Part shown: in pieces, positions 8,612-17,403 of the stretch | Layout of the letters: every line of letters starts with the position of its first letter | How positions within the stretch are numbered: position 1 is the stretch's first letter | Source of the DNA: Patescibacteria group bacterium | GTDB lineage: Bacteria > Patescibacteriota > Patescibacteriia > Veblenbacterales > UBA10138 | Length of the DNA: 64,000 bases | Assembly: GCA_041645215.1 (NCBI GenBank) | Contig: JBAZQK010000006.1 | Coordinates: 12,116 to 76,115 of the forward strand | Direction: 5' to 3' | The notes under the pieces: generated by a model | Database searches by the model: none | Told to the model about the DNA's origin: nothing | What the model saw: the letters and a program-made list of their open reading frames with translations, nothing else | Position numbers and translations under genes: made by a program

Positions 8612-9001
8612 ATGGCTCGTATTGCCAGTGTAAATTTGCCCGGTAAAAAGCGTATTGAAATAGCTTTGTGCTATCTCTATGGGGTTGGCTTGCCCTTGGC
8701 TAAGAAAATTTTGCAACAAACCAAAATTGACCCCAATATCAGAACAGTTGATTTAACCGATGAGCAGGTTAATCGTTTGCGCGAATATATTGAAAAGTCA
8801 TTCAAAGTCGAGGGTGATTTACGGCGTGAAGTAATGATGAATATCAAACGGTTGCGGGAAATAGGCAGTTATCGCGGGTCTCGTCACGCCAAACGTTTGC
8901 CGGCCCGGGGTCAGCGCACCAAAACTAATTCGCGCTCTATCCGCGGCAATGTGCGCCGAACTATGGGCAGTGGTCGCAAAGCAACCGCTCAAAAAACTTA
9001 A
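8612..9001 (+). CDS. rpsM: 30S ribosomal protein S13
   Basis: [26 protein letters not shown]...VEGDLRREV...[20 protein letters not shown]. Confidence 0.9.
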   Translation: MARIASVNLPGKKRIEIALCYLYGVGLPLAKKILQQTKIDPNIRTVDLTDEQVNRLREYIEKSFKVEGDLRREVMMNIKRLREIGSYRGSRHAKRLPARGQRTKTNSRSIRGNVRRTMGSGRKATAQKT

Positions 9002-9016
9002 TAGTTTGTATATTTT

Positions 9017-9472
9017 ATGACTGTGAACGACAAAGACAATAAACCAATCAATAAGGAACCGGTGGCGGCGGCAGCCGAGGCCAATGTCAGCGCGGTTGTT
9101 AAAAAGCGCAGCCGTAAAAAACGGCAGGTGACGCGTGGTCGCGTTCATATCTTGGCGACTTACAATAACACGGTTATAACATTTGCCGATCAAACCGGTG
9201 GCGTGTTGGTTAATTGCTCGGCTGGTCAAGTTGGTTTTAAGGGTCCCAAAAAATCGACGCCTTACGCCGCCGGCGTTATAGTAAAAACCGCCGTCGAACG
9301 GGTTCGTGATTACGGCTTAAAAGACGTGGATGTTTTTGTTAAGGGTGTGGGTGTTGGCCGGGAAGCCGCGATTCGGGCTTTATATGCCAATGGTCTTAAC
9401 GTTTTATCAATCAAGGATGTGACGCCGGTGCCGCATAACGGTTGTCGGCCGCCGCGTCCCCGCCGAGTATAA
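9017..9472 (+). CDS. rpsK: 30S ribosomal protein S11 (with ~30-aa N-terminal extension)
   Basis: GRVHILATYNNTVITFADQTGGVLVNCSAGQVGFKGPKKSTPYAAGV...VKGVGVGREAAIRAL. Confidence 0.9.
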   Translation: MTVNDKDNKPINKEPVAAAAEANVSAVVKKRSRKKRQVTRGRVHILATYNNTVITFADQTGGVLVNCSAGQVGFKGPKKSTPYAAGVIVKTAVERVRDYGLKDVDVFVKGVGVGREAAIRALYANGLNVLSIKDVTPVPHNGCRPPRPRRV

Positions 9473-9477
9473 TTTTT

Positions 9478-10092
9478 ATGGGTAGATATTTGGGTCCCAA
9501 ACATCACATGTGTCGCCGCGTCGGCGAGCGCTTGTGCAATACTGATAAATGTCCAATCACCAAGCGAAATTATCCGCCGGGAGTTCACGGTGTTAAAGGT
9601 CGCTCCAAGTTGACCGGCTTTGGCGTGCAACTGCGGGAAAAGCAAAAAGCTCGTTGGGTTTATGGAATATTGGAACGTCAGTTTCGAAATTATTACGCCA
9701 AAGCGATTAGTCAAAAAGGCGCGACTGACGTTAGATTTTTGCAACTGTTGGAATCGCGTTTAGATAATATCGTTTTTCGTCTTGGTTTGGCTAAAACCAG
9801 AGCCGCCGCGCGGCAAATTGTTAATCATGGCCACATCACTATTAATGGCAAAAAAGTGGATATTCCGTCATATCAAGTAAAAGTCGGGCAAACCATAGCG
9901 GTTGATAAAAATAGTTTAAGTAAGGCCTATTTTAAAGAGTTGGCCAAACCGTGGGCTCACCCGCTGACGGAGTATGATTGGCTCGCCCGCGACCCTCAAG
10001 AATTCACCGGTCAATTATTGGCCTTACCAAACATAGAACAGGTACAACATCCGTTTGACATGAAGCTAATAGTTGAGTTTTACTCTCGCTAA
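9478..10092 (+). CDS. rpsD: 30S ribosomal protein S4
   Basis: MGRYLGPKHHMCRRVGERLC... S4 N-terminus and S4 RNA-binding domain. Start taken at the internal ATG 9478 of tracked ORF 9442. Confidence 0.85.
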   Translation: MGRYLGPKHHMCRRVGERLCNTDKCPITKRNYPPGVHGVKGRSKLTGFGVQLREKQKARWVYGILERQFRNYYAKAISQKGATDVRFLQLLESRLDNIVFRLGLAKTRAAARQIVNHGHITINGKKVDIPSYQVKVGQTIAVDKNSLSKAYFKELAKPWAHPLTEYDWLARDPQEFTGQLLALPNIEQVQHPFDMKLIVEFYSR

Positions 10093-10114
10093 TTTTAACC
10101 CTCAGTTATTATTT

Positions 10115-10927
10115 ATGGAAAAATTACCACTGCCTCAAAAAATTGTTACGGCGGCGAGCGATAATAATCACGCTAAGATAGTTATTGGTCCGTGTTACCC
10201 CGGTTATGGTACGACTTTGGGTAATTCTTTGCGTCGGGTTTTACTGTCGTCTTTGCCCGGGGCGGCGGTGGTAGCCGTTCGCATTACCGGGGCTGACCAT
10301 GAATTTTCCACGCTAGCGGGAGTCAAAGATGATGTGGTTGATATTTTATTAAATATTAAGCAGTTGCGCTTGCGAGTGTTTAGTCAGGAACTTGTTAGTT
10401 TTAATCTTAAGGTGGCCGGGGAAAAAGTTGTTACCGCGGCTGACATTACACCTAACAGCGCGGTTGAAATTTTAAATAAGGATTTGGTTATAGCCAACCT
10501 GACGGACAAGAAGGCAGTTTTAGAAATTGAATTTTTTGCCGAGCAGGGCCGGGGTTATGTGCCAGTTGAAAATCAGGAAGATGTCAAACACAATATTGGT
10601 GAAATTGCGATTGATGCTTTTTATACGCCGGTTCGGAGGGTTGGTTATTCGGTTGAAAACGTTCGGGTTGGCCAAATGACCAATTACGATAAATTGACAT
10701 TGGACGTGGAAACTGACGGCAGTTTAACTCCGTTGGAGGCGGTACAGCAGGCTAGCCGTATTTTAATTGATCATTTTGCTTTTATCGCCGGCGACAAAAC
10801 AGTTGATATAGCGGAGTCAGCTGCGGTTGACACTGTGCCGCTAGCACCGGCGCCAATTGAAGTTAATAAATTGAGCGTACCGGAAAGGGTGGTTAAAAAG
10901 CGCGGGCGTCCCAGAAAGGAAGTTTAA
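10115..10927 (+). CDS. rpoA: DNA-directed RNA polymerase alpha subunit (N-terminal domain only; C-terminus is an AT-hook-like KKRGRPRKEV)
   Basis: MEKLPLPQKIV...GPCYPGYGTTLGNSLRRVLLSSLPGAAV matches the alpha-NTD. Only ~40 aa follow the NTD, and no HhH alpha-CTD is recognisable. Start taken at M15 of the tracked ORF. Confidence 0.8.
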   Translation: MEKLPLPQKIVTAASDNNHAKIVIGPCYPGYGTTLGNSLRRVLLSSLPGAAVVAVRITGADHEFSTLAGVKDDVVDILLNIKQLRLRVFSQELVSFNLKVAGEKVVTAADITPNSAVEILNKDLVIANLTDKKAVLEIEFFAEQGRGYVPVENQEDVKHNIGEIAIDAFYTPVRRVGYSVENVRVGQMTNYDKLTLDVETDGSLTPLEAVQQASRILIDHFAFIAGDKTVDIAESAAVDTVPLAPAPIEVNKLSVPERVVKKRGRPRKEV

Positions 10928-10930
10928 ATT

Positions 10931-11509
10931 ATGCCCGGTAATACAACTTTGCTAGCGCTCACTTCAACCACCTTTTATTATAAAATTATGTTTTGTTTAG
11001 AATTATTTAATCAATTACCTTTGTTTAACCACGCTCGCGCTTAAGGCGGTTGAGCAAAGTTGATATACCGGGTATGCCCAGTAATACAACTTGGCTAGCG
11101 CTCGCCCAGCACCAGAGCCCCGAAGGAGAACAAGTTCCCTACGGGGCAGGCAAGCACGGTACTGGGCATCGCTCCAACGGTATATTTCCCGTCGGGCAGC
11201 GAGCGGCCAACAATCCCAATCTTTTGACTATTCTTGGTGCTTGGGCTCGCCTTAACCACTCCGTATCATAACTTTATGTCTTATCTAAAATTATTTAATC
11301 ATTTATTCTTGTCTAGCCACGCTCGCGCTGGGGGTGGTTTAGCCAAGTTGATATACTGGGTATGCCCAGTAACAAAACTTCACTATACTCGCAAAGGCAC
11401 TTAAGATTAATCCCCATTTATAAAACTATGATTTTAGTTTCAGCTAATTTAATTTCTCTTTCACTCGGCTCGTATAAAGTGCCTAGTGAAGTTATTGTTA
11501 CTGGGTATG
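10931..11509 (+). repeat. Second tandem array of family-1 ~140-bp hairpin repeats (three units, one with insertion, one variant)
   Basis: Unit A is 10931-11076. Unit B is 11077-11364, with a ~135-bp GC-rich insertion at 11107-11240. Variant unit C is 11365-11509 (cccagtaacaaaacttcact...agtgaagttattgttactgggtatg). The array begins directly after the rpoA stop and ends in the rplQ ATG. Confidence 0.8.
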
Positions 11510-11857
11510 AGACATCGTAAAGTTGGCAGAAAATTGGATCGCACCGCCGCCCCTCGTCTGGCCCTTATCAAAGGCTTGGCTAATAGTTTGGTTTTGTACG
11601 AAAGTATCAAAACCACTGTCGCCAAGGCCAAAACAGTCAGGTCGTACGTTGAGAAATTAGTTACAATTGCCAAGAAACCAACTTTGGCTAATCGCCGCCT
11701 AATTACCAGTCGCCTGACAACCGCTGGCGCGGTTAGGAAGTTATTGGAAGTTTATGGACCCCGTTATAATGAGCGCCCCGGCGGATATACCAGAATAGTT
11801 AAATTGGCGCGCCGCCAGGGTGACCGCGCCCGCATGGCGCAAATCGCCTTTATCTAG
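11507..11857 (+). CDS. rplQ: 50S ribosomal protein L17
   Basis: MRHRKVGRKLDRTAAPRLAL... is the L17 N-terminus. The ATG is supplied by the repeat terminus ...ttactgggtATG; the tracked ORF 11486 start lies within the repeat. Confidence 0.85.
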   Translation: MRHRKVGRKLDRTAAPRLALIKGLANSLVLYESIKTTVAKAKTVRSYVEKLVTIAKKPTLANRRLITSRLTTAGAVRKLLEVYGPRYNERPGGYTRIVKLARRQGDRARMAQIAFI

Positions 11858-11863
11858 TTTATT

Positions 11864-12238
11864 ATGGAAAAGAAAATATTCCAACATACAGTCACAATTG
11901 ACGCTACGGGATTACCCTATGGACGTTTGGCCAGTCAGGTAGCCAGTCATTTGCGCGGTAAAAATTTGGTGACTTTTAAGCCTAATGCCGCGCCTGACCT
12001 AAAAGTGATAGTAACAAACCTTAGTAAGGTTAAGTTTAGCGGTGATAAATTGACCACTAAAATATATTACAGTTTTTCCGGTTATCCGGGCGGTTTAAAG
12101 AAAGCTACCTTGGGCGAAAAATGGGCCAAGCAACCGGAGCGATTGTTTCGTTGGACAGTTAAGCATATGCTGCCCAAAAATCGTTTGAGCGATCGGATGA
12201 TTAAAAATTTGCAAGTTTATCAAGGAACCGATAAATAA
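11864..12238 (+). CDS. rplM: 50S ribosomal protein L13
   Basis: TVTIDATGLPYGRLASQVASHLRGK...VKHMLPKNRL...LQVYQG. Confidence 0.9.
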   Translation: MEKKIFQHTVTIDATGLPYGRLASQVASHLRGKNLVTFKPNAAPDLKVIVTNLSKVKFSGDKLTTKIYYSFSGYPGGLKKATLGEKWAKQPERLFRWTVKHMLPKNRLSDRMIKNLQVYQGTDK

Positions 12239-12240
12239 TT

Positions 12241-12819
12241 ATGCCGGAGAAAATTAGTTCAGCTAAATCAAATAAAATTAAAACCACGGCGCCAAAACCG
12301 CCACGGCGAGTGATGGTGTCTAAACCCAAGGAAGTTGCGGTTGAGGCCAAACAACACCCCGCTCCAGCTATAATTGGTAGTACCGAAAGTAAAACAGTTG
12401 GCAAAACCGTTAAGGCGCGCAGCGATAAGGGTGATTTTATATCAGCGGTAGGGCGGCGGAAATCAGCCATTGCGCGGGTCTGGTTGCAATTTAAAGGCAC
12501 GGGCAAGAAAGTAGTGAATGGTCAGGAATTGGATAAGTATTTTAGCGATCCAATATATCGGCAAATTGTTAATTCGCCGCTGACGCAGTTGGGATTAACG
12601 GAAAAATTTGATTTTAAAATAACGGTTACCGGCGGCGGTAAACAAGGTCAGGCGGAGGCGGTCCGGCACGCCATCGCGCGTGTTTTATTGCAATTTAACG
12701 AAGACTTACGCAAACAATTAAGAGTGGCCGGTTTCTTGACGCGCGATTCACGGGTTAAAGAGCGTAAAAAATATGGTCTAAAAAAAGCGCGCCGCGCGCC
12801 GCAGTGGCAAAAAAGATGA
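12241..12819 (+). CDS. rpsI: 30S ribosomal protein S9 (with ~65-aa K/P/A-rich N-terminal extension)
   Basis: C-terminal GGGKQGQAEAVRHAIARVLL...FLTRDSRVKERKKYGLKKARRAPQWQKR is the S9 signature. Confidence 0.85.
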   Translation: MPEKISSAKSNKIKTTAPKPPRRVMVSKPKEVAVEAKQHPAPAIIGSTESKTVGKTVKARSDKGDFISAVGRRKSAIARVWLQFKGTGKKVVNGQELDKYFSDPIYRQIVNSPLTQLGLTEKFDFKITVTGGGKQGQAEAVRHAIARVLLQFNEDLRKQLRVAGFLTRDSRVKERKKYGLKKARRAPQWQKR

Positions 12820-12880
12820 TATCTTTTTTGCCAACCTGAGTCTAGTCGAATGGCTGGCAGAAACGTTAATTTAAAAACCA

Positions 12881-12911
12881 TCCCGCTGTACAGCGGGATG
12901 GTTTTTTATTC
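12881..12911 (+). terminator. Rho-independent terminator after rpsI
   Basis: CCATCCCGCTG-TAC-AGCGGGATGG followed by TTTTTTAT. Confidence 0.6.
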
Positions 12912-12929
12912 GCCTTCGTCCCGTCGCGG

Positions 12930-13160
12930 CGGAGGCGGCGGAGGATGGATGCTTCCGCTATCACCCCCGACGTACATTAGTAGGACTTACGCGCTTGCCG
13001 CTTGCAGGGCTGGCGCAGGGACGACCCCTCAAGCGGCTTTGGCCAATTTCTTCGTTAAAACCTCCGCTTTTCGTTCATCCCGCCATGGCGGGACTCGTAC
13101 CACTTGCTCGGTTTTGCCTCGAACTTGGCTCAAACGCGTAAGTCCTAATTAGGTTGGAGT
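12930..13160. ncRNA. Candidate structured GC-rich element or small RNA of unknown class
   Basis: GC-rich island with a perfect 13-bp long-range pairing, 12981-12993 TAGGACTTACGCG with 13135-13147 CGCGTAAGTCCTA. Internal hairpins include GCCGCTTG...CAAGCGGC and CCCGCCATGGCGGG. The tracked ORF 12850..13152 looks spurious (runs of G/R). Confidence 0.2.
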
Positions 13161-13184
13161 ATCATTATTGGGTATTTTTTACCA

Positions 13185-14657
13185 ATGCGCTATAATGGAT
13201 TTATGGTTAGCGAATCAGGAGTCTTAGCCCGTAATACCAGTTATTTTACGCTCGCCCTCGTCGCCCAAAAGGTGATTTCTTTTTTATACTTTACATTTTT
13301 GGCGCGCATTTTAGGGCCGGCGGTAGTTGGTAAGTATGTTTTGGCCCTGGCGATTACAACCATCTTTAGTGTTTTAATTGATTTAGGTTTGGCTTCGGTT
13401 TTAACGCGTGAGGTCGCCAAACAACCAGACCGCGCCCAGGAATATTTTGGACAGGTTATCGGATTTAAAAGCATTGTCAGTTTGCTGGTAGTCGGTTTAG
13501 TGGTTGCCACAGTGAATATCATTGGTTACCCGGAATCAACCCGCCAATTAGTTTATTTGGCTTCCGCCGTGATGGTGCTTGATTCATTTACGTTGTCGGT
13601 TTATTCAACCATTCGGGGGTTCCAGAATTTATTATGGGAGAGTATTGGAACAATTTTGATGCAGGTGACGGTGGCGGTTATTGGCTGGTTGGTTGCCAGT
13701 TTTACTCATGATTTACGCATGCTAATGGCCGCTTTGATAATCGCGGCCGCGACTAACGCGGTTTACGCTTTAACAAAGATTAAATCGCGGTACCGATTGA
13801 GTTGGCGTCCGATATTTAGCTGGGCGGGCTGGCGCCATTTAGCCCGCCTGTCCTGGCCCTTTGCCGCCGCCGCCATTTTGACCAGAGTTTACGGTTACAT
13901 TGATTCGGTTTTGTTGTCGCTCTTAGCCAATGACACGGCGGTCGGAATTTACAGTGTCGCCTATAAATTGACGTTCGCGCTGCAATTCATACCCAGCGCC
14001 TTGGCGGCGTCGCTGTTTCCCGGTTTAAGTTTTTATTTTTCGTACCTGCCGGAAAAACTGGAGCAGACTTTTAGTTATGCCGTGGTCTATTTAAGCGCCA
14101 TCGCCCTGCCGATATCAATCGGCCTGATAATTTTAGCCGAGCCGGTTATAACGGCAGTTTATCCGGCTTACGACAATTCAATTCTGCCTTTGCAAATTTT
14201 GATGGCCAGTTTGGTATTTTTGTTTTTGACTTTCCCCATCGGTTCTTTGTTGCCGGCTTGCAACCGGCAAGTGCGCCATACTTTAAATATCGCCGTGGCG
14301 ACGGTTTTGAATGTAGCACTAAATTTATATTTGATTCCGCGGTTTGGCGTAGCTGGTGCCGCTATGGCTTCTTTGGTAAGCACGGTGGTTTTGTTCGGTT
14401 TGGGTTGGGCCGTGGTGGTTAAGATAATTGTTTTAAATAAACGTTTTTTGTGGCTCCGACTTAGCCGAGTTGCCCTGGCCGGCATCATTATGGGACTGAC
14501 AATTTGGCAGATCAGCAGTCAGGTAAATTTAGCGATTAGTATTTTATTTAGTGGCTTGGTTTATGCGGGCGCTTTAGTAGTTTTGGGCGGGGTTACTACC
14601 GAGGAGATAAAAAACTTGTTTAAAATTTTGCGCACGCGGACCGGTTTTAGGCCATAG
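13185..14657 (+). CDS. Polysaccharide biosynthesis protein / oligosaccharide flippase (Wzx, MOP superfamily)
   Basis: About 12-14 TM helices with an N-terminal conserved block typical of PST-family flippases. It sits in a glycosyltransferase context. Confidence 0.65.
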   Translation: MRYNGFMVSESGVLARNTSYFTLALVAQKVISFLYFTFLARILGPAVVGKYVLALAITTIFSVLIDLGLASVLTREVAKQPDRAQEYFGQVIGFKSIVSLLVVGLVVATVNIIGYPESTRQLVYLASAVMVLDSFTLSVYSTIRGFQNLLWESIGTILMQVTVAVIGWLVASFTHDLRMLMAALIIAAATNAVYALTKIKSRYRLSWRPIFSWAGWRHLARLSWPFAAAAILTRVYGYIDSVLLSLLANDTAVGIYSVAYKLTFALQFIPSALAASLFPGLSFYFSYLPEKLEQTFSYAVVYLSAIALPISIGLIILAEPVITAVYPAYDNSILPLQILMASLVFLFLTFPIGSLLPACNRQVRHTLNIAVATVLNVALNLYLIPRFGVAGAAMASLVSTVVLFGLGWAVVVKIIVLNKRFLWLRLSRVALAGIIMGLTIWQISSQVNLAISILFSGLVYAGALVVLGGVTTEEIKNLFKILRTRTGFRP

Positions 14658-14660
14658 TTT

Positions 14661-15761
14661 ATGTCCAGACGAATTTTACTAATTACCACCGATTTTCCGC
14701 CCCGCCGCGGCGGAGTGGCGCGGTATTACGCCGGGATATTTAATAATCTGCCGGCAGTTTCGGTTTTAACTGACATTGGATCCGCTGCCACCGACAGCCA
14801 TATTATGCGGCAGCCGCTGCTATATCGTTTTATTTGGCCGCAGTGGTTGCCGTTATTATGGCTAGTGCCCTACTATCGTTTTTTTAGACAAATTGAATGG
14901 TGTCTGGCTGGCCAAATTTTACCAATTGGCACGGCTTTGTGGATTATAAAGAAAACTTTTGGTTGGCGTTATGGCGTGTTTGTGCATGGTTTTGATTTGG
15001 GTTTAGCTAAGCTGAATCGGCGTAAGCTGTGGTTAGTCCGACAAATATTAGGCAGTGCCGATGTCGTGGTGGCGAATAGCCAATTTACCGCTGATTTGGC
15101 GCGCGCCAGCGGCGCGCTGGAAAATTTAATTATAGTTTATCCTTGCAGCGATTTGGCCGTTCAAAACGTGGCGGCTGACTCCGTCAGCCAACTAACAGAC
15201 GAATATTGTTTGGCCGGCAAAACTGTAATTTTAACTGTGGCGCGATTGGTTAAGCGCAAAAACATAGCTTTAGTTATTGAATCAATCGCCGCTCTGCACA
15301 ATGATTTTGCTGATTTAGTTTATGTGGTGGTTGGCGATGGACCGGAAATGGTCAACCTGCGCCATCAAGCCAAATTGTTTAAAGTACCGACAATTTGGCG
15401 CGGCGACATTGATGATGCGGAATTAGCCGTTTGGTATAATTTATGTGATTTGTTTGTACTCGTACCTTTAGCTAACGGGGCGGACATTGAAGGTTTTGGC
15501 ATAGTTTATTTAGAGGCGCAGGCGGCGGCCAAGCCGGTTATTGGCAGTCCGGTTGGCGGCGTAAGCGAGGCTGTGGGCGGGGCCGGGTTGTTGGCTAAAG
15601 ATAAGATTGAGTTAGTGGAAGCTTTGCGTCAACTGTTGCTTAATCCGGCATTAAGGAGTAAATTGGGAAACTTGGGGCGTGAACGAGTAAACCGCGAGTT
15701 TATCTGGCCGCGGCAATTAAAAAAATTATCAGCCTTTTTTTATGACCGACCAGACAATTGA
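14661..15761 (+). CDS. Glycosyltransferase family 4 (GT-B)
   Basis: EGFGIVYLEAQAAAKPVIGSPVGGVSEAV is the GT4 E-x7-E-like C-terminal motif. Confidence 0.7.
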   Translation: MSRRILLITTDFPPRRGGVARYYAGIFNNLPAVSVLTDIGSAATDSHIMRQPLLYRFIWPQWLPLLWLVPYYRFFRQIEWCLAGQILPIGTALWIIKKTFGWRYGVFVHGFDLGLAKLNRRKLWLVRQILGSADVVVANSQFTADLARASGALENLIIVYPCSDLAVQNVAADSVSQLTDEYCLAGKTVILTVARLVKRKNIALVIESIAALHNDFADLVYVVVGDGPEMVNLRHQAKLFKVPTIWRGDIDDAELAVWYNLCDLFVLVPLANGADIEGFGIVYLEAQAAAKPVIGSPVGGVSEAVGGAGLLAKDKIELVEALRQLLLNPALRSKLGNLGRERVNREFIWPRQLKKLSAFFYDRPDN

Positions 15762-16986
15762 TATTGTGATGTTTAATATGTCCAGTTATGCCGACTGGCA
15801 GTCTGGTATTGAAAACCGGAATTTTCACGTATTGCACAATTTACTGCAAGATCGGCGAGTGCGCAAAATCGTGGCTGTTGATTATTTGCCGTTTACTTGG
15901 CGGCGGGCGGTTAAAGAATGGTGGCAAGGTGTAATCGGCGGGGTGGATGGTCAAGTTATGGCGCGCGGCTGGTTTTATAAATTAACCGCGGCGCGTGGAT
16001 CCAGTATTGCCCTGGCCGGCTACAGTATCCCGGGATTTGATAGTGCGGCCGTTTCCTACAAACTGTTTGTTTATACGGATATTGCTTCGTTGTGGTCACA
16101 GCGGCGAGTCTATCAGCGTTTAACCAAACAATTAGACCGTCTAGGCATAGCCAATCCGGTTATATGGTCGTATTTGCCAACCACGGTTGGTTATTTGGGA
16201 ATGTTTAAACAATCAGTTACGGTGTTTGACGCGGTTGACAATTGGCTGACACACTCCAGTTATAAAAAAATATTGGATCGTCTAAAGTTGAATTATCGCA
16301 CTATTGGCCAGCAAGCCGATCTGATTTTTACAACGGCTGACGATTTAGTTAAATTTTTTGGTGAACGTAAAAATTGCGAATTTGTGCCGAACGGCGTTAA
16401 TCTGGCTCACTTTGCCGCGCCCTCCAAGTTAGTGGGGCGTGATATTATGCGGATTCCGCGGCCAATTATCGGCTATATCGGTACTATCCAAGAAGATCGC
16501 ATTGATTTGGATTTGGTGCGTTATGTGGCGGAAAAGAATCCTAATAAATCAATTGTCATGGCCGGACCGGTTTGGAAAACCTTCGCCCGCGAGGTTAAAA
16601 CTAAACTTGGTTATTTAAGTAATGTTTATTTACTCGGGCGGATTAAGTATCAGGAATTTGCCTCCTATTTTGTCAATTTTGACGTGGCCATAATTCCTCA
16701 TAAAATAAATGATTTCACGCGGCATACTAATCCCATGAAACTATACGAGTATTTGGCTTCGGGTAAGCCGATTGTGGCGACACCGACCGGAGGAGTAGAG
16801 CTGTTTCAGGATTATATCTATCTGGCCCAAACTCCCGCCGAGTTTAACGCCGCTGTTATTCAGGCCTTGCAAGACGCCCCCGGCGGCAAAATTAAGTCAC
16901 GCTCAAATTTAATGAAGCATCATACTTGGCAGCAGCGCACTAATCATATGCTTGATAGGTTGTTCGCGGTTATTAAAAACCACTAG
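15742..16986 (+). CDS. Glycosyltransferase (GT4-like, GT-B fold)
   Basis: NPMKLYEYLASGKPIVATPTGG motif. Overlaps the upstream GT gene. Confidence 0.6.
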   Translation: MTDQTIDIVMFNMSSYADWQSGIENRNFHVLHNLLQDRRVRKIVAVDYLPFTWRRAVKEWWQGVIGGVDGQVMARGWFYKLTAARGSSIALAGYSIPGFDSAAVSYKLFVYTDIASLWSQRRVYQRLTKQLDRLGIANPVIWSYLPTTVGYLGMFKQSVTVFDAVDNWLTHSSYKKILDRLKLNYRTIGQQADLIFTTADDLVKFFGERKNCEFVPNGVNLAHFAAPSKLVGRDIMRIPRPIIGYIGTIQEDRIDLDLVRYVAEKNPNKSIVMAGPVWKTFAREVKTKLGYLSNVYLLGRIKYQEFASYFVNFDVAIIPHKINDFTRHTNPMKLYEYLASGKPIVATPTGGVELFQDYIYLAQTPAEFNAAVIQALQDAPGGKIKSRSNLMKHHTWQQRTNHMLDRLFAVIKNH

Positions 16987-17305
16987 AACAGTGGAGCGCT
17001 TAATCACCCCGCAGTAAATGTTACACATCACTACGGGGCAAGCTGGAACACCGAAAGAACACTTAATCACTGGAACGCTTTAACACTTGTCAGCCCTAGG
17101 CTGATCTCCGCCGGCCCGCCTGCCTAAGCCTATACCTTCATGAACACTTAATCACATGAACACTTTAACACTTGAACAAATTTGATCCAGTGATCCAGTG
17201 TTCTAGTGTTATAGTGATATCGTAAGGAGAACGGCGGACCCCGCCGATTCGGCGGGGCGGGCAGGCAATGTAAAATTTAAAATTCAGAAATTTAATTTTT
17301 ATTTT

Positions 17306-17350
17306 TTCATGCCTGAGGCAGATCCGCCTCTGGCGGAGATATTTACATTT
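17306..17350 (+). promoter_or_regulatory. Conserved upstream motif TTTTTCATGCC..AGGCAGATCC...GGCGGAGATATTT (copy 1)
   Basis: Near-identical to 53255-53320. Both copies lie 55-60 nt upstream of a start codon. The region 16990-17300 also carries GC-rich modules and GAACACTTAATCAC x3 direct repeats. Confidence 0.35.
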
Positions 17351-17403
17351 TAAATTTCCTATGGCTTGGAATAAAGGTCGTTTTAAACTAAAATGTATTC
17401 ATT

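Noticed and set aside
11050-11271. ORF 11050..11271 (+) as a real gene
   Set aside because: It lies entirely within the nested insertion of a repeat unit. The composition is GC-rich repeat, not coding, and there is no homology signal.
12850-13152. ORF 12850..13152 (+) encoding a poly-Gly/Arg protein
   Set aside because: It overlaps the terminator and a GC-rich structured region. The low-complexity translation is typical of a spurious ORF in GC-rich RNA.
12930-13160. SRP RNA / tmRNA / 6S RNA
   Set aside because: No GGAAGCAGCC SRP domain IV motif is present. There is no tRNA-like acceptor/T-arm with a tag ORF. 6S RNA cannot be supported without covariation.
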